64,000 bases of DNA, from NCBI GenBank assembly GCA_026936335.1, contig JAPMXV010000059.1:186001-250000 (forward strand), written 5' to 3'. The stretch's first letter is position 1. Each line of letters starts with the position of its first letter. The translations under genes were made by a program, and so were the position numbers. Positions 36,001 to 49,000 of the stretch are shown piece by piece. The stretch is from Mantamonas sphyraenae STR306 (taxonomy: Eukaryota; Protista; CRuMs). Below the pieces are notes generated by a model. That model was given only the letters and a program-made list of their open reading frames with translations, did no database searches and was not told the DNA's origin.

Positions 36001-39000
36001 CAAGCGCTGGGCCCCGCAAACTTTTCTGCAATTGTGCCTGATCTGGGAACCGTGGCGGGCGGCACGCAGATCACACTCACCGGAACCAACTTTGTCAACA
36101 CGCCCAAGATGAACGTGATTGTGGGCGGTGTGTCGTGTCCCATGACCTCGTTTGTGAGCAGCACCTCGATTGTGTGCACGACACAGGCGCATGGCACGGT
36201 CGGCTCCAAGGGGATCACTGTGAGCAACAACGCAGGCGTCAACACGAGTGCGGCAAACGCACAGTTCCTTGCCCATGCCACAGAGGTGGTGTCTCTGTTT
36301 CAGCCCAACAACGGCCCCGTGTACGGACGCACAGTGGTGACGGTGACGGGCAGCAACTTCCTGAACAGCCCCTATCTGAACTGCAAGTTTGGCAGCGTGG
36401 TGAGTACCACCGCGCCCACGTTTGTCTCGTCCACCGAAATCCTGTGCACATCTCCTGAGAATATTGTGGGCGACCTTGTGTTTGCCGTGGCGAACAACGG
36501 CCAGCAGTTTGTGCCGGCCGTGGCAGCGGCGGGGTTCTTCAAGTACATCGAGCCTTTCTCGCCGCTGTGCCGTCTGAAGACCGAGCTGCCTGTGGGTCAG
36601 CTGGAGCGGCAGTCCAAGGGTCAGACCTACTTCCCCAACCTGGCAAAGGGAGCAAGCACGGACGGCACGTCGCCTGGTGCTGACATCAACCTGCCCGGAG
36701 GCATTGTGGACGACGACCGCTGCTGCGAAAAGACGCCTGCCAACCAGGGCAAGTACTGCGGAATCCAGTTCCAGCGCCAGTTTGTGGCCAACATGACGGG
36801 TCTGGCACAGGCTGTGGTGAAGCTGCCTCGCCAGGCATTTGTCAACGAGTTTCTGACCACGTGGTTCCGCCCCTGTGCCAACCAGCCGCCTTACTACTAC
36901 GTCGACTATGACGTGAGTGGCAACGGCACATGGACCAACCTGATCACACGCGTGACAAAGTCGGACGCCATCAGCCTCGGAACGCAAAAGCCGTGTTTCT
37001 TCGTTCCTTCCGATCAGGAGGACGCATCGATTTGCATCGACTTTTTGAACAGCGAGCTGCGCGCCACACACTTCCGCATCCGGTTCAACAACACCGAAGG
37101 CGTGATGGGCAAGTTTGGCACCACAACGGACGGTGCCTGGCTGTACGAATTCGAGGTGCACGGTATTTACACGGACACGCCCGAGTTTCTGGACTTTGTG
37201 AATGACCTGTCGGCATGGCCTTCGCAACCCAGCGTCGCCAGCACGGCTATCCCGACGCTGCAGCTGCGCACGCTGAACCACCAGCGCGAGATCCTGCTCG
37301 CCAACGACACGGCGACACAGACAGCCACGGTGCGTCTGCTGCGCGGCAGTACGTTGACCGATGTGACTTCGCTGTACCTGGCAGGTACCAAGACCGTGAA
37401 CCTTGTGGGCGGTCTGGCCACGTTTAGCAACCTCGAGCTCCGCTCGCCGCCGGCTGATCTGTACCGCCTGCAGTTCTCCACAAACAACCTGCTGGTGGAG
37501 GTGCACACCAATCTGACTGTGGTGATTGGTCCTGCGTACGAGGTGCGCCGCACGAGCGCAAACCCAGCCGCCGTATCCACGGCCGCTCTGGTCAACATCC
37601 CTGCGGTTGAACTGCGCCTGTATGACATCAGCAACAGCTTTGTGGGGAGCACGGACAACAGCACGCGCAATGTGAGCGTGTCTCTGTCCAGCCAACCCGG
37701 TGGAAACCCGAACCCGAACGGAGTGCTGATCGGCACCCTGGTGGGGAACATGAGCGCGGGTCTGCTGCAAATCAGCGACTTGCAGCTGGTAAAGCCCGTG
37801 CCCGGAGTGTACAACATCACGTTGAGCATGGACAAGGCTCTGACAGGCGGTACGGAGAGCGTCAGCGTGGCCATCACCATCCAATCTGGCGTCCCGTATT
37901 CACTGGCACTCAATCCGGGCGTTACAGGCACCTACGCGTCGTCTTCTACCGTGGCGGTGAACCAGATCGGCGTGCGTGTGTTGGACATCTCGGGCACGCA
38001 GACGTCGGTGACATTTGGTTCGGCCATCAAGATCGCCGTGTCGACCAACGGCTCCCTTGTGCTGGGAGGTGCAGGTGCCAGCGGGTGCACAGTCAGTAAT
38101 GGTGCGTGCACAGTACCCATCATCACACTGAACAAACCCGTGGCCGACACGTACCTGCTGTCGTTGACGTCGTCGACAGTGCTCAATGCAACCACGGTGT
38201 TGACAATCAACATCGGCAGCCCTGTCGAACTGCGATTCCGCGCAGCCGCACAGCAGTCTCACCCTTCAGTGGGTCTGGTCAACCTGACGAGCATTGTTGT
38301 GGATGCGTACGACATTGGCGGCACGTTTGTCGGAGCCACAGACGGCTCGCGTACGGTGGTTGTGAGCAGCCTGAACGGCACGGCTCTGACCATGCAGGGT
38401 ACTCTGTCATCCACAATGACAGCAGGCACTGTGGACTTCAACGCCATCCAGCTCGTGGCCCCGTCTGTGGGAACGTATGTGCTTTCTTTCGCCTCGGCCG
38501 GGCTGTCGGGACTGCAGAGCACGGTGGAGATCACTGTGGGTCCTGCAGCCAAGCTGGAAGTGACCAGCAGCACCGAAGTGGTGGTGGAGACATTCACAAT
38601 CAACAACCTGCCGAGTGTGAACGTGCGTGCGCTCGATTCAGGTAACTTTTTTGTGGGCACCTCGGACACGGCCAACCGAACCGTGGTGGTGACCGTGTCG
38701 CCGTCGGGCAGTGGACTGAGTGCAGGAGCAACTGGATACATGGTGAATGGCACGGTTGTGCTGTCGCAGCTTGTGCTCAGTTCGCCACAGGTGAAGAATT
38801 ACACAATGACAATTTCGACGGCCGGCCTCCAGTCCACGTCGCTGAAGCTGGCTGTTTTGGGTGGCAACCCGGTGAGCTTGGTGATGTCGCCCACCACAGT
38901 GGGCCCCTATTCGAGTGAGAACCTGGTGCGCCTTGCAAACATGAGCATGTCGTTGCTGGATGCTGGCAACACGGTGGTGGAAGACGCTCGCGCTGTCAAC

Positions 39001-42000
39001 ACCATTGCACGCCTGTTTGCTGTCAACTCGTCGAGTGCGGCCACAGTTGTGGGCACGACGACCATTGTCATGCAGGGCGCCACGGTGGTGTTCCACAACA
39101 TCAGCCTGTACCGTCCCAAGGCGGACGCCTACACGCTGATCTTTGGCGTTGGCGGCATGGCCAACGCCACCGTGGATGTAACCATCCAAGTGGGTGCGCC
39201 ATACTCGTTGCGTGTGACGGGCGGCTCGGGAGCCGTGTTGCCGACTCGTGTGACTGTCCAGGTGCCCAAGAAGGACTTGGAGGTGTTGGACGTCGGAGGT
39301 ACGCTTGTGACGGCGGGTCAACTGGCTGTGAATGTGTCCACGAGTGTACCCTTGGGCGGCCTGGTCCAACGCACATCGTTCCAGGGCGTGGTGTCCTTTG
39401 CTGGTCTGACCATGGACAAACCGGCCAACCAGACGTACGTGCTTACGTTTTCGTCGACGGGTCTGTTGAGCGCAACGAGCACCCTGGTTGTGACTCCGGG
39501 TGTGCCGTACGCTCTCTCCAGCGCCGAGGCTGTGATTGGCCCGCTGCCGTCTGTGGCCAAGGTGAACGTGCATGCGGGTCTGGTGTTGAGTGTGCTGGAC
39601 ACAGCCAACAACGTTGTGCCCAGCACCTATGCAGACTCGCGCACCATTGCTGTGGCACAGACGAGCGGTGCCGAGAGCGGCGTGTTGGGTGGCGACCTGA
39701 GCGTGGCTCTGGTAAACGCCTCGCAGGGTGTGTTTGACAACATCACGCTGACGGCGCCGTCTGTGGGCAACTACACGTTGCAGTTCACCAGCGCAGGGCT
39801 GTTGCCTGTGGATGTCATTGTGCGCATCAAGGTGGGTCCTGCGGTCACGATGGCAGTGCTGTCGCCTGCGTCGGCAACTGCATCGGTGGCAAGCGCCGAG
39901 TTTGCGGCGCTGCCCACTGTGCACGTGCGTGCGTACGACGCAGGCAACACTTTTGTGGCGGCATCGGATATCGGCACACGCCCCGTGTTGGTGTCCATTG
40001 ACAATGGTGCCGTGCTGAACGGCACCACAAGCGTGTCCATGGTCGCAGGCGAGGTGCAGATCTCGGGTCTGTCGATCAAGTTTGCGCCGCGTGGCACGTA
40101 CACGCTGACGGTGTCGTCGGCTGGGCTGACAAACACGTCGATTGCAGTGACGGTGACGCCTGGCAGCACATACAAGCTGAGTGCTGCCAATGTGGCCACG
40201 CCAAACGTGGTGTCGTTGTCCTCGTCGCTGTTTGGCACCGTGCGTCTGTCGACGTTGGACGCAGGCTCGGGTGTGGCCACGCTGGGCAACACCGGACGTG
40301 TGGTGAGTGTGAGCCTGAACGATACGAGCCAGAAACTGGTTGGCAACACGACAGTTGGGGTGAGCGCTTCGGGAGAAGTGAACCTGGACGGTCTTGGCTT
40401 GGCCGCTCCGCGTGTGGGGGCCTACCTGTTGACATTCACCAGTGCGGGTGTGCAGCCTGTGACTCAGGTGGTGACCGTGAGCACGGGACCGCCTGCATCG
40501 TTGTACCGCCTTCCCGGGCAGCCGACGCCGTCTGTGCGTACGGTGGCCAACACGCTGATCCCACCCATCAACATCCGCTCGTTGGATGTGGGCGGGAACG
40601 TGGTGCTGGTGGACAGCAGCCGACCGGTGTCTGTCAATGTGGGCAACGGCACGGCCGGTTTGGGTGTGGCCAACACGGTGTCGGGCGACACCGAGTCGAT
40701 GGTGAACGGCAACGTGACGTTTGGTGCGTTGGTGCTGAGCAGCCCGCCTGCTGGTACCTATGTGCTGCGCTTCTTCACGGGTGGTCTCACACCAGTGGAT
40801 GTCGAGTTGTTTGTCAGCATTGGTCCCGCTGTGAGCCTGAATGCCGTGACGAGCGGCATCACCGCACAGCCGTCGGAAGTGCTCCTGCAGCTTCCATCGT
40901 TCCAGGTGCGTGCTGTGGACAGTGCCGGCGTCCCCGTGGGTGGTATCGATGTGCCCAGCACGCGCACTGTAAGCGTGTGGGCATCGGACAGCCGCATGAG
41001 CGTTCCTGCGACACTGTCGATGCAGAACGGCGTGGCACAGGCAGTCAACATGAGCATTGCGCGCCCGCCTGTGGGTCTGTATGTGGTGACATTTGGCACG
41101 CCTGGTCTGGCCAATGTCAGCGTGACATTCAATGTGACGCTGGGAGCGGCAATTGAGCAGCGTGTCGAGAACGGCGGCGTCCAGTCACTGGCCTCCTCAG
41201 TCAACACGGTTGTGGGCAACATCACCATTGGTGCGTACGAAGCCGGTGGCGCTGCTGTGAACGCTTCGGACAACCAGGTGCGCTCTGTGCGTGCGTACAG
41301 TTCCACGCTGTCGCTTGGCGGCGCGGTTGTGCACCAGATGGTGAATGGCCGCGTGGTGGTCACCGGCTTGATTGCACACAGCCCTACACAGGGCTCGCAC
41401 ACCATTGTGTTTGCCAGTGCAGGTTTGAGCAACACTAGCGTGAGCGTGACGATTGTGCAGGGCGCGCCTGTGAAGCTGACTGTGTTGGCGTACACGACCA
41501 CACCGCATCCGTCTGCGTTCACGGTGCCTCTGAACACGATCCGTGTGCAACTGCGTGACGCAGGAGACGGATTGACAACGCTGGGTGCCGGACAGTCGGT
41601 GCAAGTGCGCACGGATGCAGCCGTGCCGCTGACGGGCACCAAGACCGTGAACGTGACCGGCAACGAAGCGACGTTCTCCTCGTTGCAGTTGAACGCCCCG
41701 AGCAGCGCCGCGTCTCCGTTTGTGCTCGAGTTTGTGGGCCTGGGTGGTCTCAGCGGCGTGACTCTGGACAAGACGCGAGTGTTTGTGTCCACGGGTGCGC
41801 CTGTGCGCATGTCGCTGCCCGCTGGGCTGGATCAGCGTCTGTACCCGTGTGCCGATCCGGTGACGGTGGTGCCTTTTGAGGTGCGTCTGTTGGATGCAGC
41901 CGGAGTGTTTGTGGGCACGGTGGACAGCGCCAACGTGCGTCCGCTCGTGGGCGTGAACATGAACAGCAGCAGCGTGGTGGCATCTGTGCCAAACAGCCTG

Positions 42001-45000
42001 CAGCTGCGTAACGGCACCGTGACGGTGACGGGTCTGACGCTGGCGCGCCCGCGCGTGGGCGTGTATTGGTTCAATTTCACGTCGCCCGGTCTCGGCCAGC
42101 TCCAGACACGTGTTCAGGTCGTTTCGGGCCAACCATTTGCGCTGAGGGCAGCCTCGGCTCAGCCCGTGTCCGCGCAGAGCGCACGTGATGTGTACCTTCC
42201 GCCGATCCGCCTTATCGTGACGGATGTGGGTGGCAACAACCTTGGCGCAGCCGATCCGGCGCAGCGCCGCGTGTCGGTGAGCGTCGTGTCGAGTCCCGGG
42301 TCGTACAACCGAGCCACCGACTCATTTGTGGGTCTGGGATTCGGAGGCCGCGTGGAGGTTTTCAGCGAGAACGGAGAAGTGACGTTCAGCGAACTTGTGC
42401 TGACCCGGCCGCGAGTGGGTCAGATCCTACTCCGCTTTGAGACGCAGGGGCTTGTGTCTGCCTCTGTGAACGTGTCTGTGCAGACAGGATTCCCCGAGCA
42501 GGTGGTGCTGGAAGGCAACAGCACACTCACGGTAAAGTACACTGGCTCAGCCAACGGTGCGGTGCTTGTCAGCCCGCCTATCAAGCTGCTGATTGTGGAT
42601 GCTGGTCGAGGTGTGGTCCCATCTGCGCCTGCAACACGTACGCTGGCACGTGGCAACCTCACTCGTGTGGCGGGCTCGCAATCGCGCAACCAGTTCCTGG
42701 CCATCGACCAGGAAACCGGAGCTGTTAGTGGCGGAATCATTCTGGGAGGCACGCAGGTGCGTGACTTTGTGAATGGTCGCACGTCGTTTGACGATCTGCT
42801 GTTGCGCGCAGTGGAGGGCCCATACTTTCTGGAGCTTAGCCCCGACGGATTTGGTCCGGTGATTGTCAATGTGACTGTGCTCGCTGGGCCGCCCGCGTCG
42901 TTTATTGTGCTGTCCAACGGATCGCGTTCGTACAACAACTCGGGTCCGCTGGCCGAGCCGCCGACGTTCCGTCTGCTGGATCGCCTGGGCAACCAGGCGA
43001 ACCAGACGGGTGTGGTTCTCCTGTTGGACCTTTCGCCATCGGTGCGCTCGCTGCAGGGGACCAGCCAGGCGAGTGACAGCAACGGCGTCATCCGCTTCTC
43101 CAGTCTCGCGTTTGTTGGAAAGTACGGCTTTTCGTTTTCGTACACGATCACCTCGAATCCGAACATCGGGTCACTGACCATTCCCAATGCGGTGACTGTG
43201 GATGAGTGCAACGTGGGCAACGCAAACACGGTGTCGGACGAGCTGGGCTATGGCTGCAAGTGCCAAAAGGGCTATTTCCTGGTGGCCCAGTTTGGCTCGT
43301 CGCTGACATGCCTCCCGTGTCCCACAGCGACCTACCAATCGCTGATTGGCCAGGTGGAGTGCACAGCTTGCCCCGTGTCGATGGACACGGAGGGCAAGGT
43401 GGCGGTGACGTCGCAGAGCGAGTGCAAGTGCATTGACGGGTTTTATGAGCGCACCGAAAACGGTGAACGCAAGTGCCTGAAGTGCACGCCTGGAGCCGAG
43501 TGCCGTCAGGGTCAGACAATCCAGGCCTTGCCGGGCTTCTTTGGTGTACGCCCAGGAACAGATCAGTACATCGCGTGCCCTGAACCAGACGCGTGCAAAG
43601 GTGGTGTCAACAGCACGTGCAACATTGGGTACCGTGGCCCTCTGTGTGCTGTGTGTGAAGACGGCTATGGCAAACTCGGAGAGAAGTGTCTGATTTGTGG
43701 CGACAACGCAGACAACTGGGTGCTGGTGGTGCTGTTCTTCACTGCCGCCACGGCCATGCTGCTGTTCCTGATTCGCACGTCTACAGGCGAAAAGTCGCAG
43801 GCGTCGATCATGATGAAGATTGCTCTGAACTACATGCAGGTGCTTGCGTTCATTGGCGAGTTCCGCCTGAATTGGGCGAGCGAGACGCAGGGTCTGTTCA
43901 GCACAGGCAACTTGGCGCTGTTCAGTCTGAAGCTGCACCCCATCGACTGTGCGACGGGCTGGACCTACTTTGACCAGCTCGATGGCTACATGATGTTCCC
44001 TGTGTTTACCGTGTTTGCGCCGTTGGTGGTGTACGGTGGCACGTACCTGTGGGCCACGCGCATCGCCAAGCTGTTTGGCATGAAGTGAAGCGGCCCGAGC
44101 TGGAGATTGAGCGTGAGGTGTTCCGCGTGAACAACGAGATGGATCGCGACCAGCTGCTGAACAGGATGAAGGAACGCATGGAGAAGGGCCAGAAGGCGAT
44201 GGAATCGGTCAAGAAGATGCCGTTTGCCAAGGCGTGGAGGTACCAAATGCGCAACATGTACGCACTGACGCTGATGGTGGTGCTGTTCATTGCCCACCCG
44301 ATGGTGTCCAAGGCAGTGTTCCAAATCTTCAACTGCATCGAGCTGGAAGGTGGAGCACGCTACCTGGAAGCAGACATGCGCATCGACTGTACGAGTGAAA
44401 AATACCTGTACTATCTGAACACATGGGGCTACCTGATGGTGTTTGGATACTGCATGGGTGTGTTGCTTGTGGGTTTGGGCATCCTGATGAAGAACCGCAA
44501 GCGGCTGCGCCAACCTACAGTGATGGCACGCTACCGCTTCCTGTACGACGGGTACGCCAAGAAGCGCTACTTCTGGGAGATTGTGATTATGACGCGCAAG
44601 CTGATGGTGGTGGCGATCATTGTGCGCTGGAGCACGGCGCCGCTGACGCAGCTGTATGCCGGTCTGTGGATGTGCATGGCGGCCCTTGTGCTTCATCTGT
44701 ACTCGAAGCCGTTTGCAGAGGCCGAGGCGACACGTCTGGAGACGATGAGTCTGGGATCGACGACGGTGACGCTGATGACGGGTCTGATGTTCTACAGCTC
44801 CGAGACGACGGAGGAGGACCACTATCTGATCAGCATTGTGCTGCTTGTGCTGAACGCAGGCACCCTGGCCATGCTGGGACTGGTGATTGTGCGTGAGTTT
44901 ATCCGTGTGGCGCGCAGCAAGAAGATTGTGCAGGAGATGGAGGCGAACCTGGCAAAGCAGCTGGAGGAGAGGCGCATCCACAACGAGAAGATGGCGGAGC

Positions 45001-45980
45001 GCGAAAAGTTGCTGAAGGGATTCGAGGACAGTACACGAGAGAAGAAGGAAGCGATGCGCCGTGGCCAAGTGTCGACAGTGGTGTCGATGGAAAGGCGGGA
45101 GTCGATCCGAGGCTCGCGAGCGGACATTGTCAAGAGTCTGATCGAAGCAAACGAGAAGGGGCCGAAGAACATTGCGCATTCGCTGCAGGAGCTGGAATTT
45201 ACACTGGAGGAACCACCGTTGCGTTCGCGCTTCTTCCGATTTGCAGACACGTACTATGGCGAAGGAGGCGAGGGCCACAGCAGCCTGAGCGAAGCGCAAA
45301 AGGGTCTGTGGCCTGCGCTGCGCAAGTTCATGAATGCTGTTCACGAGCATCCGGACGAGACCGAAAGGATTGCAGAGCTGGCAAACGAACTGGTGGAAGA
45401 GTACCTGGACGAAGACGCGGACAAGTACGTGGCACTGGACTTTGGAAAGGAGGTGGAGATCCTGACGAAGCTGAACAACGGCGTGGTGACAGACAGGCTG
45501 TTTGACGCGATTGTGCTGGCACACTTCAGGACAGCGTTCCCTGGCTTCCAGGAGAGCATGAAGAACCTAAGCGAAGGACCTTCGATGGAGGACCGTGTGG
45601 AGTCCATGAAATCTGCGCTGTCGGACACGAAGTTGCGTCACAAGTTTGACCACTTTGTACGCACGCGCAGTGATCGTCCGCCACACGCATTGCAATTCTG
45701 CAAGGCGACGGTGGCGTACCGTGCCGGATTCGACGGCTGGAGCGAGGAGGAGCGGCACGAGCAAGCGATGGAAGTGCTGCACCGATTCTTTGACGACGAC
45801 GAAGACGAGTACCTGGATATGGTGGACTTTGGCACGCTGATGGAGCAACAGCAGCAACTGGACCGCATGGAGATTGCACGTGCAGACGCGTTTGACGAGC
45901 TCATGCAATTGTTGTTTGTGAAGGAGTTTGTTGTGTGGCGCAAGGAAGTGCTGGAAGTGGGTGAGTTGGCGCTGTTGTGA
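27047..45980 (+). CDS. Giant cell-surface receptor-like protein (~6,050 aa): signal peptide, LamG/pentraxin domains, filamin-type Ig repeats, 2 IPT/TIG, second Ig-like array, Cys-rich repeats, ~9 TM, coiled coil, 2 RGS-like domains. Exons 27047-27128, 27389-27455, 27715-27928, 28086-28497, 28588-45980; frameshifts near 31606 and 44085
   Basis: Spliced N-terminus MQTHALRRARSVLAIVSLVVAVACLYSAEA-AISS; FNDGNWH and ITDGKWHHI LamG motifs; recurrent ARDxFGN; GGTQITLTGTNF; C-x-P-C-P repeats; YRFLYDGY..FWEIVIMTRK. ORFs 28032, 31582 and 44049 overlap mid-domain. Confidence 0.85.
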
Positions 45981-46094
45981 TTGGAATGGACAGGAACTTT
46001 GGATTCATTTGCCATTCACAGCATGGGAATGCGTTTTTGCGTCGGCATGGCAGGGCACGGGGAGAGGCGCAGGCGTAGCCAGCAGAATTCGAGA

Positions 46095-49000
46095 ATGTCG
46101 CAGGCATTGGATGTTGCAACGATGCACATGTTTGTGCGTCGTGCACTGCAGCGCATTATCGAAGAATCCAACTCGCGGCGGTTTGCAAGCCTAAAGAGCA
46201 GCTGCCAAACGGCGTTGGTGGAATTGGACGCGGCTGTGAAAGAGCTGGCCGAGCAAACGGTGGACCATGAGTACGTGCGAGGAAAGGAGGGGAGATGGAA
46301 ATGGGCGAGTGAGAGTAAAGAGGAGGTGTGGGTAACGGTTTGGGACAGGAAACGAGGTGTGGTGGCTGTTCAGGAGGGAGTTTCCCACGAGCAGAGATGG
46401 CTGACCCCGAAGCCCGGCCCTTTTCGCGACGCATCGGCCCGTGTACACAGGCAACTGGACACATTGGCGACAATCTACCTGGACCCTCTGCGCATAGCAA
46501 CTCAGTCGAACCAGGCCAAGTTCATGGTTGTGTCCCTGGATTGCTTTCAGAAGCTGATCGCGTACGGGTACTTCCGAGGGTTGGCGCCGGACCAGGAGAA
46601 TCCCAAGATGAGCCTGATGGACTCTGTGATTGAAATCATCTGTGCGTGCTTCGACCACCCGGACGAAGCGGTGCAACTGCAGATCATCAAGGTGAGGCAC
46701 AGGTGGCAGGTGTCGTGTGTGGGAAGGAGCGCAGCGGTTTGGAGAGGGCCAAGGATCTTGTCTGGCAGGAAAAGTGCTGGCTGCAGCGAGCCGGAAGGTG
46801 GAAAGGCCGCCAAAGGGTGTCCGGCGGAAGGAGCTGTGCAAGTGTGGTGCGAGTGTGGAGGGTATGTGTGGACCACTGACACACGAGGTGTGTGCACGAC
46901 GTATGGATGTGTGTGTGTGGGTGCGTGGGTGTCCAGGCGCTGCTGACGGCGGTGACTTCGCCGACGTGTGAAGTGCACGAAACAAGCCTGCTCAAGGCCG
47001 TTCGCACATGCTACAACATCTTCCTGGTGAGCAAGAACCTGGTGAACCAAAAGACAGCCAAGGGGGCGCTGCAGCAGATGATCAACCTGATCTTCCAGCG
47101 TTTGGAGACACACATGGTGAGTGGATCGGGGGGATCGGCCGGAGCGGGGTGCCCTCCGCGCGCGTTTCCCGACGCACAACGTGACACAGAGCAGCAGTAG
47201 CGAGAAATGGCCACATTCCAGGCTCGGAAACATGCACTTGCTGACACCTCATGCGCTTTTTGGTCGGGATCGGGATCGGATATACGCGTGTACAGGCGAC
47301 TTTGAGCAAACCGACGACGGCGGCCGAAGGCAGCAGCAGCGCGAGTGCGTCTGAGGACACGGTGAAGCAGATGGTGGACACAGCGGCTGCAGCAGTGGAG
47401 GCTGCCAATGGAGAGAGCAGTAGCGAAGCAGAGGCGGAGGGTGGAAGCGGAAGAGGAAGCAGCAGCAGCAGCAGCAGCGGCGGCAAAGAGGGCGAAGAGG
47501 GCGAGGGCAGCGACGGCGCCGAACCTGCGGCGTCTACGGACGAGGAGCAAGAGGTGAACGAGGCGGGACATGTGAAGGGCAAGTACGGGTGGTGCATTGG
47601 TAAGTGAAGACGGCGGGAGGCGCACAGAGGGGCGCCAGGCAAAGGCACGAGAGAGGAGGAAGGAGTAGGCCGAGGCGAATTCTGACACGGCGCGCGTGGG
47701 TGGGCGCCGAGCGCAGTGTGCGGCAAGACGGCAAACATGTATTGCCAGCAAACGAACAGGGCAGTGTGTTCCATGGCATGCAAGGCGCAGAACCTGGAGA
47801 ACGTGTTGTCTGGAGCGGCACAGGAGGGAAGCGCGGGACAGAACGAGCAGGCGGACAAAGAGGTGGACTTTGGCCACGTGGTGCAGAAGGACGCGTACCT
47901 GGTGTTCAAGGCCCTGTGCAAGCTGTCGGTGAAGAAGATCCCCGAAGGATCGCTGAGCGACTCGATCGACATGAAGTCCAAGCTGCTGTCGCTGGAGCTG
48001 CTGCTGGACCTGATTGAAAGCAGCGGGCCGTTCTTCCGCACAAGCGAAAAGTTTGCCCAAGCCATGGAGCAGCATCTTTCGCCGGCACTGGTGAAGAACA
48101 TGCTGTCGCCCATCGGCCCCGTGTTCAACCTTGCGTTGAACATCTTTTATTCGCTGCTGATGAACTTCAAGGTGCAGATGAAGACCGAGATTGGCGTGTT
48201 CTTCACCAACGTGCTGTGGATCCTGGAGAGCCCCAACACAAGCCTCCAGCAAAAGTGGATTGTGTTGCAGGTGCTGTCGCGTGTGTGCAACAACCCGCAA
48301 ACCATGGTGGATATCTTCCTGAACTACGATTGCGACCTGGACGCGCTGAACCTGTACGAACGCATGGTCAACGACCTGTCGCGCATTGGCCAGGGCATCC
48401 ACGCAAGCGAAAAGTGGGTCACTCCTGAGCAGGAAATGGCCATCAAGGAGCTCAGTCTCCAGTGCCTGGTATCCATCCTGCGCTCGCTCGTCGAGTGGAG
48501 CGACGAAATCCGCAGTCTCGAGGCTGACAAGCCGGGCACCAAGGAGTATGAGGCGGAAATGGCACGCAAACGAGCAGAGGAACAGGGCGGGGCTGCAGAC
48601 GACGCAGACGACAGCATGGTGGGAGGGGACACCTCGTCCTCTTCCTCCTCCTCGTCCTCCTCCGCTTCCTCCTCCTCCTCGGCGGCAGCAGCGGCAGCTG
48701 GAGGTGGAGCCGATGAGTCGCAACAGCCTCTGGACGACGTGGAACTGACACAGGAAGAGAGCGAACGCGAGCTGACGCCCAAGGAAATCGAAGAGCTGAA
48801 GGCGCGCAAGATTGCGCTGCAAGAAGGTATCAAACGGTTCAACCGCAAGCCGAAGAAGGGCATCAAGTACCTGCAGAGCGAAGGCCTGCTGGGAACGACG
48901 CAGGCGGAAATCTCAAAGTTCCTCAAGACGACAGAAGGATTGGCAAAGGCGCAGATTGGCGAGTACCTGGGCGAAGGCGACCGGTTCAACATCGAAGTGC

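Noticed and set aside
18688-44090. Programmed frameshifting at NNG-TGA (TTG TGA at 18696 and 25053, GGG TGA at 31616, AAG TGA at 44088)
   Set aside because: Shift directions differ, other frameshifts have no adjacent stop, and each is explained by a nearby homopolymer indel; TGA is frequent out of frame because GTG-A is common.
43700-44920. Calling the giant protein a 7TM adhesion GPCR
   Set aside because: About nine hydrophobic segments, no GAIN/GPS motif seen, and motifs fit a different protist membrane family.
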